This document shows, piece by piece, positions 23,658-35,939 of a DNA stretch of 44,965 bases. Position 1 is the first letter of the stretch, and each line of letters begins with the position of its first letter. The DNA lies in the NCBI GenBank assembly GCA_029717555.1, contig JAMDHS010000004.1, positions 434,001-478,965 on the forward strand, read 5' to 3'. The position numbers were made by a program, and so were the translations under genes. The notes beneath the pieces were generated by a model that saw nothing but the letters and a program-made list of their open reading frames with translations, was not told the DNA's origin and did no database searches. Source of the stretch: Peribolospora baueri. Its lineage: Eukaryota.

Positions 23658-24528
23658 ACTCCCCACTTTCGCTTTCGGGCTCGGCGTCGGTAACCCTTTC
23701 GTACGGGGTGGGGGGAACTTCTCACGACCCTTTACACACAGCGCCAGCTCGGGAAATCTTGTGGCTTGCTTGTTCTGAGCGTTACATACGTCAGAGCACG
23801 TGGGATCCTTTTTGAATGGACGGGGATGGGGACGGGACGAGGGTGGGGAGACGCGGTGGGCCAGCGAGACGGAGAGGAGGGGGAGAAAGATAAAGGAAGC
23901 GGGGGACGAACGGGAAACGGTGAAAGAAAGGCTCGCCCCTCTAACCGGCAACGACGAAAGCCGAGCCAGCCAGACAGAGGAGAACGGAAGAAGGGATCAG
24001 ACTGGCAAAGGGAAGGAGAGGAAAGACCGGAGAGGATAACCGACCGAACCAGAACCGACCGACCAATCGACGACCGACAGCGGATCCCGAGCCACCTCCC
24101 TACCCTCCTAGTCCCTCGCAGACTTTCTCGCCCCGCAGGATGTTGCCCAACTCTTGAGTACAGACAGACAGAAGTGGAGGAAAGCAAGCGCGACGCGATG
24201 GGAAAGGAAGAAGGGATGGGTAGGTGACGACGAGAGGGAAAATTACGACGCTGCCGGAACCAGCGACAAAGAAAGCGCGTCGACGTCGGAAGCGTGCGAC
24301 GCTGGACGCCAAGGGCATGGCGGAGGAAAACCATACTGATGGCATGTTGTCCGTGAAAGAATAGAAGACGGGACATGTTGGGAGATTGAATGGTCGAAGA
24401 CAGCTTTGTTGGCATATTAATGGCGCTTGCGCCAAAACTTCGAGTGCGAACCGATGGAGCCCATGAGAGCGCGGTCTCCAGAAGCACTCTCACATGGTCG
24501 ATAGCCAGACTAGACGAGCAGAGCTCGC

Positions 24529-25909
24529 TTAGGCGAGGCTGGGAAAAGCGCGCTCGTCCGACAAGTTGACGTTCGCGTTCTGAGCGCCGCCAGTGCGGAC
24601 GCCACGACCGGCGCCACGACCGGCGCCACGACCGGCGCCATCACGACCGCCCCTGGAGCCGCGCTCGCCTCCACGGCCGCCACGACCGCCGCCACGGGGA
24701 CCGCCACGACGAGGAGGCTCGGGGAATTTCTGCTCGATCTCGACGTGGACCTTCTCCTTCCTCTGGCGGACACGGCTGCCCGACGATTTCTCCTGCTGTG
24801 TTCAAATGGTCAAGCGATGAAAGGATCAGCGAACGTTGCTCAGCATGCCTGGCGAGGGAGTCAGACGAGGTAGGGTATTTTCACCGACCTTGGTAGTGAA
24901 GTAAGCCTCCTCCTCGGGCTTCTGGAGCTGAACGACGTTCTTCCAAAGGGCGTCGTCGACGCCCTCGTTGGCCTGACGAGGTGCCTTTTGCTCCTTGCCG
25001 AGCGTGAGCTGCCGCTCGGACCTCTCAGCAAGATACTCATCAAGAGTCTTGGTCGTGTCGACCTCTTCGGCAGGAACCTCGTTTGCAGCCTCCTCGGGTT
25101 GGTCCTCCTTCTTGGCGTCGGCCGCGTCCTTCACGCCATCCTTCTCGGCCTCGAGCTCGCGGTTGCCGTCGTCGCCGCCCCAGCCCTGGTGTTCCTTCTT
25201 CTCGGAATCCCTGCAAAAGACATAAGCCATGGCCGTCAGCATTTCAAACTCCTCTATAGCCTCGTTCACGCAGGGAAGACGAGTGGATGCTCACTCCTTG
25301 CCGGTGGCACTGTGGCGGTCGAAAACGCGGCCGTTGCCACGAGGGGGGCGGTCACCGCGGCCACGGCCACGGCCACGGGAGCGGTTGGCACCACCACGCG
25401 AGCCTGAAGACAAAAGGGCAGGAAGGTAATAAAAGCGAAATTAACGGAAAGGCGACGACTCGTCAGTCATCGCTAAGCTTCCCATCACCAGATTCAATCG
25501 GATGAGCCGGAGAGAAGTAGGAGACAGTCGACTCACCCCTGCCGTCCCGGTCCTCAGGGGCGGGCGCACCTTCCTCCTCACGGCCTGCACCGGAACGCTG
25601 GATGTTCCTAGGGCCGCCGCGAGAGTAGTAACCACCGCGGCCGCGGGTGCCGGCGCCGGGGACGTTCCTCGCCGGCTTGTCCGCTGCAGGGGCAGCAGCC
25701 GGATCGGCGGCCTTGGCCGGAGCGGCGGCGGCGGAGCTGGTGGAGACGTCGACGTCAGCTCCTTCGTCATCCCCTACGGTAAGTCATGAATGAGGAGTGA
25801 GGGGAAGAAAAGAACATGTTAAAATCGTAGAACACGGCGTCGACTAGCATATATCCACCATCAGCTCACCCAGGAGGGCGGCAAAAGGGTTCTTGGTGAC
25901 GACCGACAT
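24529..25909 (-). CDS. STM1: Stm1/SERBP1-like ribosome-associated RGG protein (multi-exon)
   Basis: MSVVTKNPFAALL N-terminus; RGRGRG; GRVFDRHSATGK|DSEKKEHQGWG; KTLDEYLAER; PRQANEG; KVHVEIEQKF; RGG tail ending NVNLSDESAFPSLA*. Confidence 0.92.
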
Positions 25910-26191
25910 GGGAGCGGCCGCTTGCTGGACTTCTTCTCAGAGAAGCTGGTGGAAGAAGGGAGGAGTGGATGGGGACAAAGGAGGCGTCAGACGAGCCGCA
26001 CTTGAGAGATTCGGAAGACGCTCTCCTCCCTAATCCACAGGGAGACGCCGGTCGTTTGCACAACTGGTGCGATCACATTGGAGAACTATGACTCTCCGTC
26101 AACGGTGGCCCTGGGGCAGTAACTCACAGATGTGGGATGGACCTTTGCGCGGAGGGTGTTGCGAGCGTTGATTCTCGACGAGGGGAGCGAA

Positions 26192-26248
26192 AAGTCACAA
26201 CCGTCCGAAAGGCAAGCCGAGTGGAAGGATGCTTCTAACCCTAACCCT
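26192..26248. promoter_or_regulatory. Candidate ribosomal-regulon promoter motifs upstream of STM1 (Homol D-like AAGTCACA; telobox/Homol E-like CTAACCCTAACCCT)
   Basis: Motifs at 26192-26199 and 26235-26248, about 280-340 bp upstream of the STM1 ATG. Confidence 0.35.
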
Positions 26249-26535
26249 GCTTTTCTTCACACGCGTGCTCGAGCGTGCCAGACCCCCTGTCCTGTCTCGG
26301 ATCGGGTCGGAGTTTGGCGGACTGGCCCCTCGTTTAACTGTGCAGGAGCGAGGGCTTGCTCGGACCGGCTGCCATCGTCGATGATCCGTGCATACTACTA
26401 CGACTCGTAGTCGATCGATTATGCGAATGCAGAGCAAGTCGCTAGCGTACATGTATCACCCTCGGTCAGATGGAACGAACGAAAAGGAGAGACAAAGAGG
26501 TAGAAGAAACAAGCTATCCCTCCCACAGCACGAAC

Positions 26536-29319
26536 TCAACATGTTTGCTTGCTCTTACCCATCCGACATACGACGAAGTATGACGCCAAGCTGCGAGGCT
26601 TCTTCGCCGCCTTCGCCGCGCCTCCTTGCTCCTTCTGCCCCTGCTGTGAGCTGCTGCTCGCTTCGATCTTGTTCTGCCAACCATTGACGACGATGTGCGC
26701 CTGTTGCGGACGCCGGTTCGGAGTCTTGTACAGCGCCTCTGGATGATCGTTGACGGCGCGCATATGCCGCGCCATCTCCTCCTCGATGCTCCTCTGCCGC
26801 CTCATGCCCTTACGAGGCTCGCGCGCACGATCACCCACACGCTCGACACGCTCTTCCTCCTCAGCCAGGACTTGCTCCATAGAGGGCGTCTTGCGGAGCC
26901 GCGAGCTCGGACGTGGCTCGAACGGCGACGACGCGTGCGGGCCGGCCACACCGTCCTTGCTGCCCTCGCCCGAAACCGAACGCACCACCTTGGCGTCAGG
27001 CCACGGTTGCCGCCCGTAGGGGCGGCGGCAACAATGAGGCACTGGTCGATCACAGCGAAGCTTGATAGACGCGCTGCGAAGGTCGGCGAAAGAAGGACAA
27101 GGCGGGAGCGGGCTGGGGTGAGGATTGGGGAGAGAGATATCGGTCAGGAGCGCAGGCGACGCCTTGTCCGTCCCAGTCGTCCTCGACGACTGCGCTGGCA
27201 CTTGCAAAGACAGCGAGGGCTGAGCACCGGCCACCCCGGCTTCCGGCTCCAGCTTGGGGACAGGCTTGGCGGCGCTGGCCTTGCGAGCAGCGAGTCGTTT
27301 GTCGGTTTCGCTGACGGCGCCGAAGAAGCTGCTGGCCTTGGCAAGGGGGCGAGCGCGGTTGACCACTCCACCCGGGGCGGCTCCGGGCGCGCGCTCGGCG
27401 GTGGAGGGAGGTTTCGAGGGAAGCAGGGCGGGCATCGACACAGACTCGGAAATACCTCTTCGACGAATGGAGTCGGAGAATGTGACCAGCTCGAGCAGGT
27501 GCCCGAACTCTGCAGCTCCGAACGGCTGATCGCCCCCTGTCTTAGCAGAAGTCTGGTCGTGTCCATCGTCCAACGGGTGGTTCTCCGGCAGGCCTTCAAA
27601 ACCGTCTGAGACATACCCTTCGGACTCCTCCGTCCGCAAAGCTTCAGAATCGTCCGACGTTAGGCCGCCAGAGTCTTCCGAAGGTAGGTCATCAGGCTCT
27701 TCGACCGAGTAAGGGACGGCCAAGGTAGGGAACGTGGGGATCTTCTCGCCGTCGTCGGTCATGTCCAAGCTCAACTGCGGCGTGGCCTTCCTGACAGAGT
27801 CGGCCGCGTCGGCCGCGTCATGGTCGTTTAAAGGATGCTCTTCAAACTCGTCCACGGGGGAAGGAATGACCAGAGTCGGAAGCCTGAACATCTGGTCGTC
27901 ATCGTCGCACAGGTCCGAGCTGAACGGAGGAGACGATCGGATGGATCTCCTCTCGCTATTCGCTACGGGTCGGGACCCCGAGAGAGGCGCATTCTTGTCC
28001 TCAGCCATGTCGAATGCGTTCCACTCATCCACGTCCGCAATGAGCCCACCAGAGAAGGGCAGGCGCTGTGGCGGCGTCGGGAAGGTGCTGAGAGGAGACG
28101 ACTCCATCGCGAGCTTCGCGTCGGCGGGATCGAGAGGGCTAAGCTGGCCCGCTGATACGTCGTCGTGAGGGACCAGGTCGGCTTGAACAGGCGAAGAGAA
28201 TAAGATCGACTCATCAGCCTTCGAGACCTTCTCGTCGGGCACGTAACTGCGAAGATCATGGTCGGCAGACGACTGATCTTGCGCGGGATCGAGCGAAGGC
28301 ACTTCGAGGTCGACATCCAGTGGCGCGTGAGAACCGCTTTCGACGTGGTGATTGAACGCAATGTCGAGGCCGAGACCGAGGCCGCGCAGCAGGAGTCCAG
28401 TGGTCTTTTGGCTCGTGGTAGCGGCGTCGATCATTACGTCGTGCCCCTTTAGATCTTCGACGTTAGAGCCGTGGTCCACGAACGAGATCCTGTCCGAGTA
28501 CGACGAGGCAGTGTCGGGACGAGGAGAGGCGCATTCATCGTCCCGGGAATAGTCCGAGAAAGCCGAGGATGGGCCAGTGCTCTCCTCTTCGCTCGATGGG
28601 TATTCAGAGGGAGTCGAAGAATTTGAATTGAGCGCGGCGGTGAATCCAGGGTGAGTCGGTGCCTCATTGTAGACGACCGGAGGCCCGGCGGGACCATGCC
28701 TCAGCGACAAACCCTTATCGATCTCGAAGGGAGAGCCGAGGAGAGCGGTGATCTCGTTGCGACCTTCCTTAGACGGCTGCGCCCCTTTTCCGGAGTGTTT
28801 GAAAGGTGCGCAGAACAAGTCGTTCACCGGCGAACCCTGCTTCTTCGACAGCTCGGAAAAGCAATGGAGCCAAATGTTAAGACACTCAACGTTGCTTTTC
28901 TCCTCGGCATCGGACGACTGTTCTTCCTCGCTGTCCTCGTACTTGAAGCGAGTGAGTGGCCCGAGGGACCGAGATCGCACCTTGGCAGCGACAACGTGCC
29001 GAGAGGCGGCACCTCGAACGCGGCGAGACTGATTCACCGAGGCAGGGACGTTGCCGTGGGAATCGGGAGTGAAGAGCAGACCAGCACCCGAGTTGAGTGC
29101 CATACTCTTGGCGTAAGCTTGCAAATCGACGTCTACGCCGTCTTCAGGCTCGCTGATCTCGGCTACCGTCTCGAGGCCGCGGGCGCGGTCATAGTCGGGG
29201 GCGCTGCAGATGCGGGCCTTGGAGGCCCCAGTGGAAATGTTGGTGGGAAGCGAGAGCTGAATCTCTGGAGACAGATCCAGGGCGTGGCTGTGGGAGGCAG
29301 GCTGGCGAACGGCGGTCAT
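26536..29319 (-). CDS. Uncharacterised 927-aa acidic, Ser/Pro-rich, probably disordered protein (single long ORF)
   Basis: 2.8-kb uninterrupted ORF with protein-like composition; no domain recognised. Confidence 0.75.
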   Translation of the reverse strand: MTAVRQPASHSHALDLSPEIQLSLPTNISTGASKARICSAPDYDRARGLETVAEISEPEDGVDVDLQAYAKSMALNSGAGLLFTPDSHGNVPASVNQSRRVRGAASRHVVAAKVRSRSLGPLTRFKYEDSEEEQSSDAEEKSNVECLNIWLHCFSELSKKQGSPVNDLFCAPFKHSGKGAQPSKEGRNEITALLGSPFEIDKGLSLRHGPAGPPVVYNEAPTHPGFTAALNSNSSTPSEYPSSEEESTGPSSAFSDYSRDDECASPRPDTASSYSDRISFVDHGSNVEDLKGHDVMIDAATTSQKTTGLLLRGLGLGLDIAFNHHVESGSHAPLDVDLEVPSLDPAQDQSSADHDLRSYVPDEKVSKADESILFSSPVQADLVPHDDVSAGQLSPLDPADAKLAMESSPLSTFPTPPQRLPFSGGLIADVDEWNAFDMAEDKNAPLSGSRPVANSERRSIRSSPPFSSDLCDDDDQMFRLPTLVIPSPVDEFEEHPLNDHDAADAADSVRKATPQLSLDMTDDGEKIPTFPTLAVPYSVEEPDDLPSEDSGGLTSDDSEALRTEESEGYVSDGFEGLPENHPLDDGHDQTSAKTGGDQPFGAAEFGHLLELVTFSDSIRRRGISESVSMPALLPSKPPSTAERAPGAAPGGVVNRARPLAKASSFFGAVSETDKRLAARKASAAKPVPKLEPEAGVAGAQPSLSLQVPAQSSRTTGTDKASPALLTDISLPNPHPSPLPPCPSFADLRSASIKLRCDRPVPHCCRRPYGRQPWPDAKVVRSVSGEGSKDGVAGPHASSPFEPRPSSRLRKTPSMEQVLAEEEERVERVGDRAREPRKGMRRQRSIEEEMARHMRAVNDHPEALYKTPNRRPQQAHIVVNGWQNKIEASSSSQQGQKEQGGAAKAAKKPRSLASYFVVCRMGKSKQTC

Positions 29320-29909
29320 TGTGGTGGGCTGAGTGGGACTAGAGGTGTGAGGTGGGAGAAAGGGGAAAGAGCGCCAGGCTCGGGTCTTGAAAAAAGGTTG
29401 TGAGCTGTGAGGCCTGCTACCAGCAAACGCGAAAAGGCAAATAAAAGCAACGGTCGCACAGCGACCGGTAACAAAGGCGCGAGGTAGGGAACGGGAAGGG
29501 AGAACGATGTGGTGGGTTTGGAAAGACAGCGTGCCGCCCGGAGGTGGCCGCCTTTAAAGCGTTTCGAGCGAGTGCCGTCATTAGAATATCGCTCAGCAAC
29601 CAGGTCCGGGCATGCTTCGTCATCTGGCCTGTGATCGTGCGAGACCTGCGCCTTGTTGGACGAGAATTCGACGGCATGGGTGCAAAGGCAAGACGGTGGT
29701 GGTTATGAAGGTGACATGTCCTGGCCGACAGGGCGAGCAAATGGCTTGCTGCGGCTACCGGCGAATGAGCAACTTGCTGCGGCTTTCGATCACTGCGGCG
29801 GCATCGGTGTCCTTCTTGCAGCTATTGTTCGCCTGGCCCGATCCATCTAATAGCTGCTTCGGACCAAACTACGAGCTGGTTCAGAGCTCGGTCTGCACAG
29901 ACGCAGGAC

Positions 29910-32900
29910 ATGGTGGAGATTACGATCCGGAAACGCCCGGCGGCGGCGTCGAACGAGCTCGTCCAGCGGAAGTTTTTCAAGAAGACTGCTCGGGGAAAGG
30001 TGCTCAAGGGTGAGCGAGCGCGAACATCGTCGTCAATCGCTTGATGAGACGAGAGAGGCGATGAATGGTCTTCTTTCAGCCAGTAGTAGCATTGGCTTAA
30101 GATACCGCCTTCTGATTGGTCTCTGGGTTTATTTTGGGTTTCAGTCCTTCGCGAACGCTATGTCCGAGACGACATCTCTTGCGGCTCGCTTGCGTGCTCG
30201 TCCTGTCAACCGCCGACCTCTGGCCTGCACAAGGCCAGGCCGTGCTTGTCCGCGGAGGGCATTCGCGGGAACAAAGCGGTCGCCAATCCGCATTACATTC
30301 TGCCTGATACGAACGTGTTTTTGCGCGAGGCGAGTGCAGGCCCTGATTTCGGCCGTTGCCCGGTTTGCGGCAACTCCAGCTCACACCTGAATTTGCGTTC
30401 GCCTTCATCTCCCTTTCCAGATGGACCTCATTGAGTCATCTGCCTTTGTAGACGTCATCGTTCTCCAGAACATTCTCGATGAAGTGCGCCACCGAAGTTT
30501 GCCGATCTATAATCGTCTAAGGGCTCTTATCCAAGACCCTGATCGACGATTTTGGATCTTCTACAACGACATTCTCAGGTGAGCATAAGAAGCTGATGGA
30601 GAAGCTCTTCTGTTCAAAACAATGCACTGATTCATGGCCTTGCTTTGAAGGGATACCTGTATTGTTCGGAAAGAGAAGGAGACGCCAAATGATTACAACG
30701 ACCGAGGTGGGTTGAATCACAGACGGAATCGCAAGTTGATGACGCATGTTGATGAAACCGTGCCCATCCCATGACTTCCAGCCATCCGAGGTGCCACTGA
30801 GTGGTATGCGGCCCATCTCAAAACTGAGCATCTCATGTCCGGGGCTTCAGATGGGGAATCTCTGGAGGTCGTCCTGCTCACGAACGATGCGGAGAACAGG
30901 CGTCTGGCGCAAGAGAACAAGCTGGTGGCATTCTCAGGTGAGATTCATGCAAAGGCGCCAAGTGTCCCTTTCTGGATGACTATGACTCTCGCAGCCGTTG
31001 ACGGACGAACGAACTGATCCACAGTGAGGGATTACGTGGAAGGGATGCCTCAAGCCGGAGAGCTCCTTGATCTGCTGGCCGCCCCAGGCCCCTCGGATGG
31101 ATCTATAGAGAAAAAGACGGTGCTCTATCCGGGTGTGAGTATTGTTCATCAGCCCTGCGGAGTCGTTAGATTGCGATCTAATTTCTCTCAATCTCAACGT
31201 ATACGTCTAGTATTATCCCACTGCGAGCCTTATGGCCGGGATCAAGAGTGGAGCCCTCCATCAAGGCTATTTCCACGCCAACGCGTACAACTATCTCGAG
31301 GTGAGTTGAAAAGTGTACGTCAAGGTCCTTGGGCGATGAGGTCTCTCACAAGCGCTGTCCTGGGCGGATCAGGGTTCGGTGAATGTACCTGCGCTGGAAA
31401 AGCCCGTCTTGCTCGTTGGTCGGGAGCACATGAACCGAGCCGTCAGTGGCGACGTTGTCGCAGTCGAAGTGTTTCCGGAGGACCAGTGGCAAGCTCCAGC
31501 TGACGAAGTCATCGACCAAGACGGTAAGTCCGCCGCGTCACGGCTGGATTCGAGCGAGGCAAATTATTGACATGTTGATCGTTACGTCCTCAGCGGCGCT
31601 ACGTAACGATGACGCAGAAGCGTCGGAAGGCGAAGAAGGCGCGAGTGTCGAGGATGAAGAGGCGAAATTGGCCCAGAAGGAGCGCGCAGCGGCTAGAGCG
31701 GAGGCGGAGATAAAGAATGCGGGACGTCAGCCGACTGGTCGTGTTGTCGGCATCATCAAGCGAAATTGGAGAGCGTGAGTGCTCTCGATAGTGGCGCTAC
31801 TTCCACAAGGTCCCGCGCCTAACAGATCGAGTTTTTTTTTCTGCATTACAGTTACGTGTGCCACATCGACCGTGCTTCGGTTAACGCTTCGACCTTGTCC
31901 GCCAAGTCTCAGCAGAGTCTGTTCGCAACCCCTATCGACCGACTCATCCCTAGAATTCGTCTCCGCACTCGTCAAGCCTCCCAGCTCCTCGATCAAAAGA
32001 TCGTTGTGGCCATCGACCGATGGGAGCCGACGTCGCGGTACCCAGAAGGCCACTTTGTGCGAGCGCTAGGGAGGACGGAAAGCAAGGATGCGGAGCAGGA
32101 GAGTTTGCTTCTTGAGCACGACGTGCCCTACAGACCGTTTTCCAAGGCCATCCTTGACTGCCTTCCGCCGGAGGGGGATAGCTGGGTCGTGCCTGAGAAG
32201 GACATGAGCAATCCGGCATGGAAAGACAGGGTGGACTTGAGGACGGAGACGATCTGCAGCATCGATCCACCAGGTGAGCATCTGCGAAATGTTCGACAAC
32301 TGAATACTGTCTGAATCGAATCATCGCATGAACAACCTCAGGCTGTGAAGACATCGACGATGCGCTGCACGCGAAACGTCTGCCGAACGGAAACATCGAG
32401 GCCGGTGTTCGTGAGTCTGCATCCTTGGCGGGTTAGCGGAAATGGACGACGAGGGCTAAGCGACGCCTCCTACACAGATATCGCCGACGTTTCTTACTTT
32501 GTCAAACCGGACACGCCCATGGACGCTGAAGCGGCCTCGCGTGGCACGACAGTATACCTCGTCGACAAGCGTATTGACATGTTACCGTCTTTACTCGGCA
32601 CGAACCTATGCTCGTTGCGGCCGGATGTGGAAAGGCTTGCGTTCTCAGCGATCTGGGTGAGTCACTGCCGATCGCTGTCTGGTCTCCGAAGCAAGAGCTG
32701 ATGAGGGTGTATCCTGGTTCTGTAGGAGATGACGCCGGAAGCAGACATCGTGAACGTGCGTTTCCACAAGTCAGTCATCGCGTCCAAGGCCGCCTTCACG
32801 TACGAAGAGGCCCAGATGCGCAAGGACGACCCGAACATGAACGATGCGATTACCGAGTCGATTCGGCTCCTCAACGGCCTCGCCAGGCAGCTCAAGGCAA

Positions 32901-34498
32901 AAAGGATGGCCGCCGGCGCACTGAATCTCGCATCTCCTGAAGTGAAAATCCACCTGGAGAGCGCGGAGAGCACGGAGCCGATAGACGTGGAGCAGAAGGA
33001 GCTGAGAGAGACGAACAGCTTGGTGGAAGAGTTCATGCTGCTCGCGAACGTTTCTGTCGCTGAGAAGATCTACGAGACGTTCCCGCAGACGGCTGTCCTG
33101 AGGTGAGTCGAGCTGAACCGAGGGGAAAGTCAGGTCTACCTTTGTCGTTTGTAGCGGGTCGAGTCGATTTCCGTTTTATTTGTGCACTGGCTGAATGACT
33201 CCTTTTTATTGAAATCAAGGCGACACGGTGTTCCTCCGCGCACCAACTTTGAAACCCTTCAAGACATTCTTGCAAAACGAAAGGGCTTTCACGTGGACGT
33301 GTCCAGCTCGGGCGCATTGGCCGCCTCTCTCGACAAATGCGTGGTGAGCGAGAAGTGCGCCTAGCGACGGGCGCCGGCGTCCCCATGGCTCATGTGTTTT
33401 CCTGCATATTATGTACGCGCTTCAGGACGCCAACGAGCCGGCTTTCAACACGCTCGTTCGCATCATGGCGACGCGATGCATGTTGTCTGCCGAATACTTC
33501 TGCTCCGGGAGCGTAGCTCGCAGCGCGTTCGGCCACTATGGTCTCGCCTGTGGGATGTACACACACTTTACGTCGCCCATTCGCCGTTTCGCGGGTGAGT
33601 GCGCGGGACGTCGTCTTTTCTCTGGCGACATTTGCGCTCAAACATAGGCCATCTTTGTTTTCGTTACAGACGTTTTGGCCCATCGGCAGCTGGCGGCCGC
33701 CATCTCGTACGAACCTCTGCACGCGTCTTTACACAGTAAGCCGCACGTGGAAAACATCCTCAAGGTGGTGAACAAGCGACACCTCGCCGCCCAACGCGCG
33801 GGAAGGGCGAGCGTGGAGTTCTACGTCGCCCTGGCCATCGCGGCCAAGAACCACGAGGCGACGGCGAAGGGCGAGAAGGAGGGTGGAGAGGACAAGGTGG
33901 CGGTGAGGGAGGAGGCGTTCGTAATCCGCACCTTCCGCAACGGCCTCGCGGTGTTCGTGTCCAAGTGAGTCGTTGGTTGCGCAAAGTTTTGTTTTTGGCC
34001 GTCTGTCGGGCCGGGCCTCGTCCGTTGACTCGGCTTCCCAACCCGGACGTTGATCGTCGCGCAGGTTCGGACTGGAGGGCCTGATCACGTTCAAGCAGGA
34101 GTGTCAGTTCGATGCGGAGAACTATACGGTGACGGTGCCGGCCAAAGCGTCTGGGCTGAGCGAAGGTGAGTGAAGGCGCACTGAGGCGACACGGAGCGGC
34201 GACGACGGCGTCAGCCTTGTTATCCTTCCGACCCCGCCTATGGGGCACATGTCGTTTCGAGGCCCGCGTTAACGCCGACGCGCTGACCGGGTCTTGCTCC
34301 TTTTCGTTTTCGCTCCCACTTGCACCTTGACGGTCATACGCTGCCGTCCCACTACTTTTGATCCTCCACCCGTCCAACATGCGGACACACGCAGACCTGA
34401 CGGTAGGCGTGTTCGACAAGTGCAAGGTGGAGATCGGGGTGAAAAAGGACAGGAGCACGCAGCGTGGACGCGTTCGCATGGCGCTCGTCGGCAAGTGA
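29910..34498 (+). CDS. DIS3: Exosome catalytic subunit Dis3/Rrp44 (PIN, CSD, RNB, S1; many introns)
   Basis: [26 protein letters not shown] motifs [90 protein letters not shown]; ends ...RVRMALVGK*. Confidence 0.97.
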
Positions 34499-35232
34499 GG
34501 GGCCGCCGTGGGTCGTACTGAAGGCTGTTCAGTGCCCGGAACGCTCGTGATGTGGTACGAGCACTCTGTCGGCGTCGCTCGGTCATTCAAGCGCCTCCTT
34601 GTCTCGGGCTGTGTGTAAACGAACGCATGCGCGAGGCGGTCTATCTATCTGCACGGTACGAACCAGTACCAGTTCCCGTCCCCGTCGTGTACAGTACGTA
34701 GAGCCGTCACGTCACGAGAGGTTTGGGGCCAACTTGCTTGGACCAACTTACTTTCATCGACGTCGCCGCCGCTGGAGGGCCACTTAGGTTTGGCGCGCGC
34801 GCGCGCGTAATTAAGTGATCTCGAGGGATATGTAGCCATGGATGCGGTACAATACGGTACTGTATGTTGAGCCCTCGTCGTGTCGTATGGAGGGAGGTAT
34901 GTACCAGGCTACATATGTATCCCATCTCGACGGACGCACGGACGCGAGCTGCGGTCCCTCCGGCCAGTCACGTGCCGTCGACCGTTGTTCGTCCTCCCGA
35001 CGACGCCCGCAGACAACGGAGGGACAGCGGAGTGACTGACGGTGGCTTGATACGAGCACGACATGAGTACATGGACAAGCGCACACGCACGGACACACAC
35101 AAACGGACCTACGTAACTGCCACACGCTGTAGTCAGTCAGGGCAGGACAGGGCGGGACAGGGTGTGTATGCACCTGGCGCAGATCGCTTGTGCCGAACGC
35201 TTCGCTCTGTCATCAATTCCCATCTGTTGCCC

Positions 35233-35299
<67 letters not shown>
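35233..35299. repeat. (ATCT)n microsatellite, about 16 copies
   Basis: Read directly from the sequence. Confidence 0.97.
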
Positions 35300-35914
35300 C
35301 CATCCCCCCCTTGGAGCGTGCGTGTGCGTGGCTGGCAGGCGGGCTTCGTCGGTGGCTTGACGACGGGCGGAGGGTGGCGAGTCGTCGGAGGGAGAGGGTC
35401 GCTCCGCCGTACGCCTCCTTCGTGTGTCGGTCGCCCCGGCTCGTCGTCATCACCTCGTTCGCCCTGCCCTGCTCGCTCGCGGAAAGTCGCCATGCCGCCT
35501 CCGCCGCAGCCGGCGAAATGGGGACCAGCGGGGAGAACCGGGGAGGCGATGCCGGCGCGGACGGGAGCACTGTTTAGGCGACTTGGGGCAAGGACGGAGG
35601 AAGAGGAGCGGCGAGAGTTAGTGTCGGCGGGCGAAACGAATCGGGTCTGTCGGTCCCTGCGGGAGGGCGGGTCGTGAATGGGGGTGGAGGAAAATCGGGA
35701 GAAAGGAAGTAGATCTTGTGCGCTTATCCGAGAGGCGGTGGAGAGCGAGGAAGGACGGCGGCGACACGTATCCTCACTCACAGTTGTCCATCTCCATGTC
35801 CACGACCAGCACGTGACGATCATCCACCGGCTACGGATCGACCGCCGACGGGTGGAGGCGACCGGCGCACGTCCGGTCTTCGACGCATCGTCGAGGTCGG
35901 ACGACGGCATCGTA

Positions 35915-35939
35915 GACGACGACGACGACGACGACGACG
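35915..35939. repeat. (GAC)8 microsatellite
   Basis: Read directly from the sequence. Confidence 0.9.

Noticed and set aside
24596..24712. 12-bp GC-rich tandem repeats (CCACGACCGGCG)
   Set aside because: They simply encode the RGG tail of Stm1.
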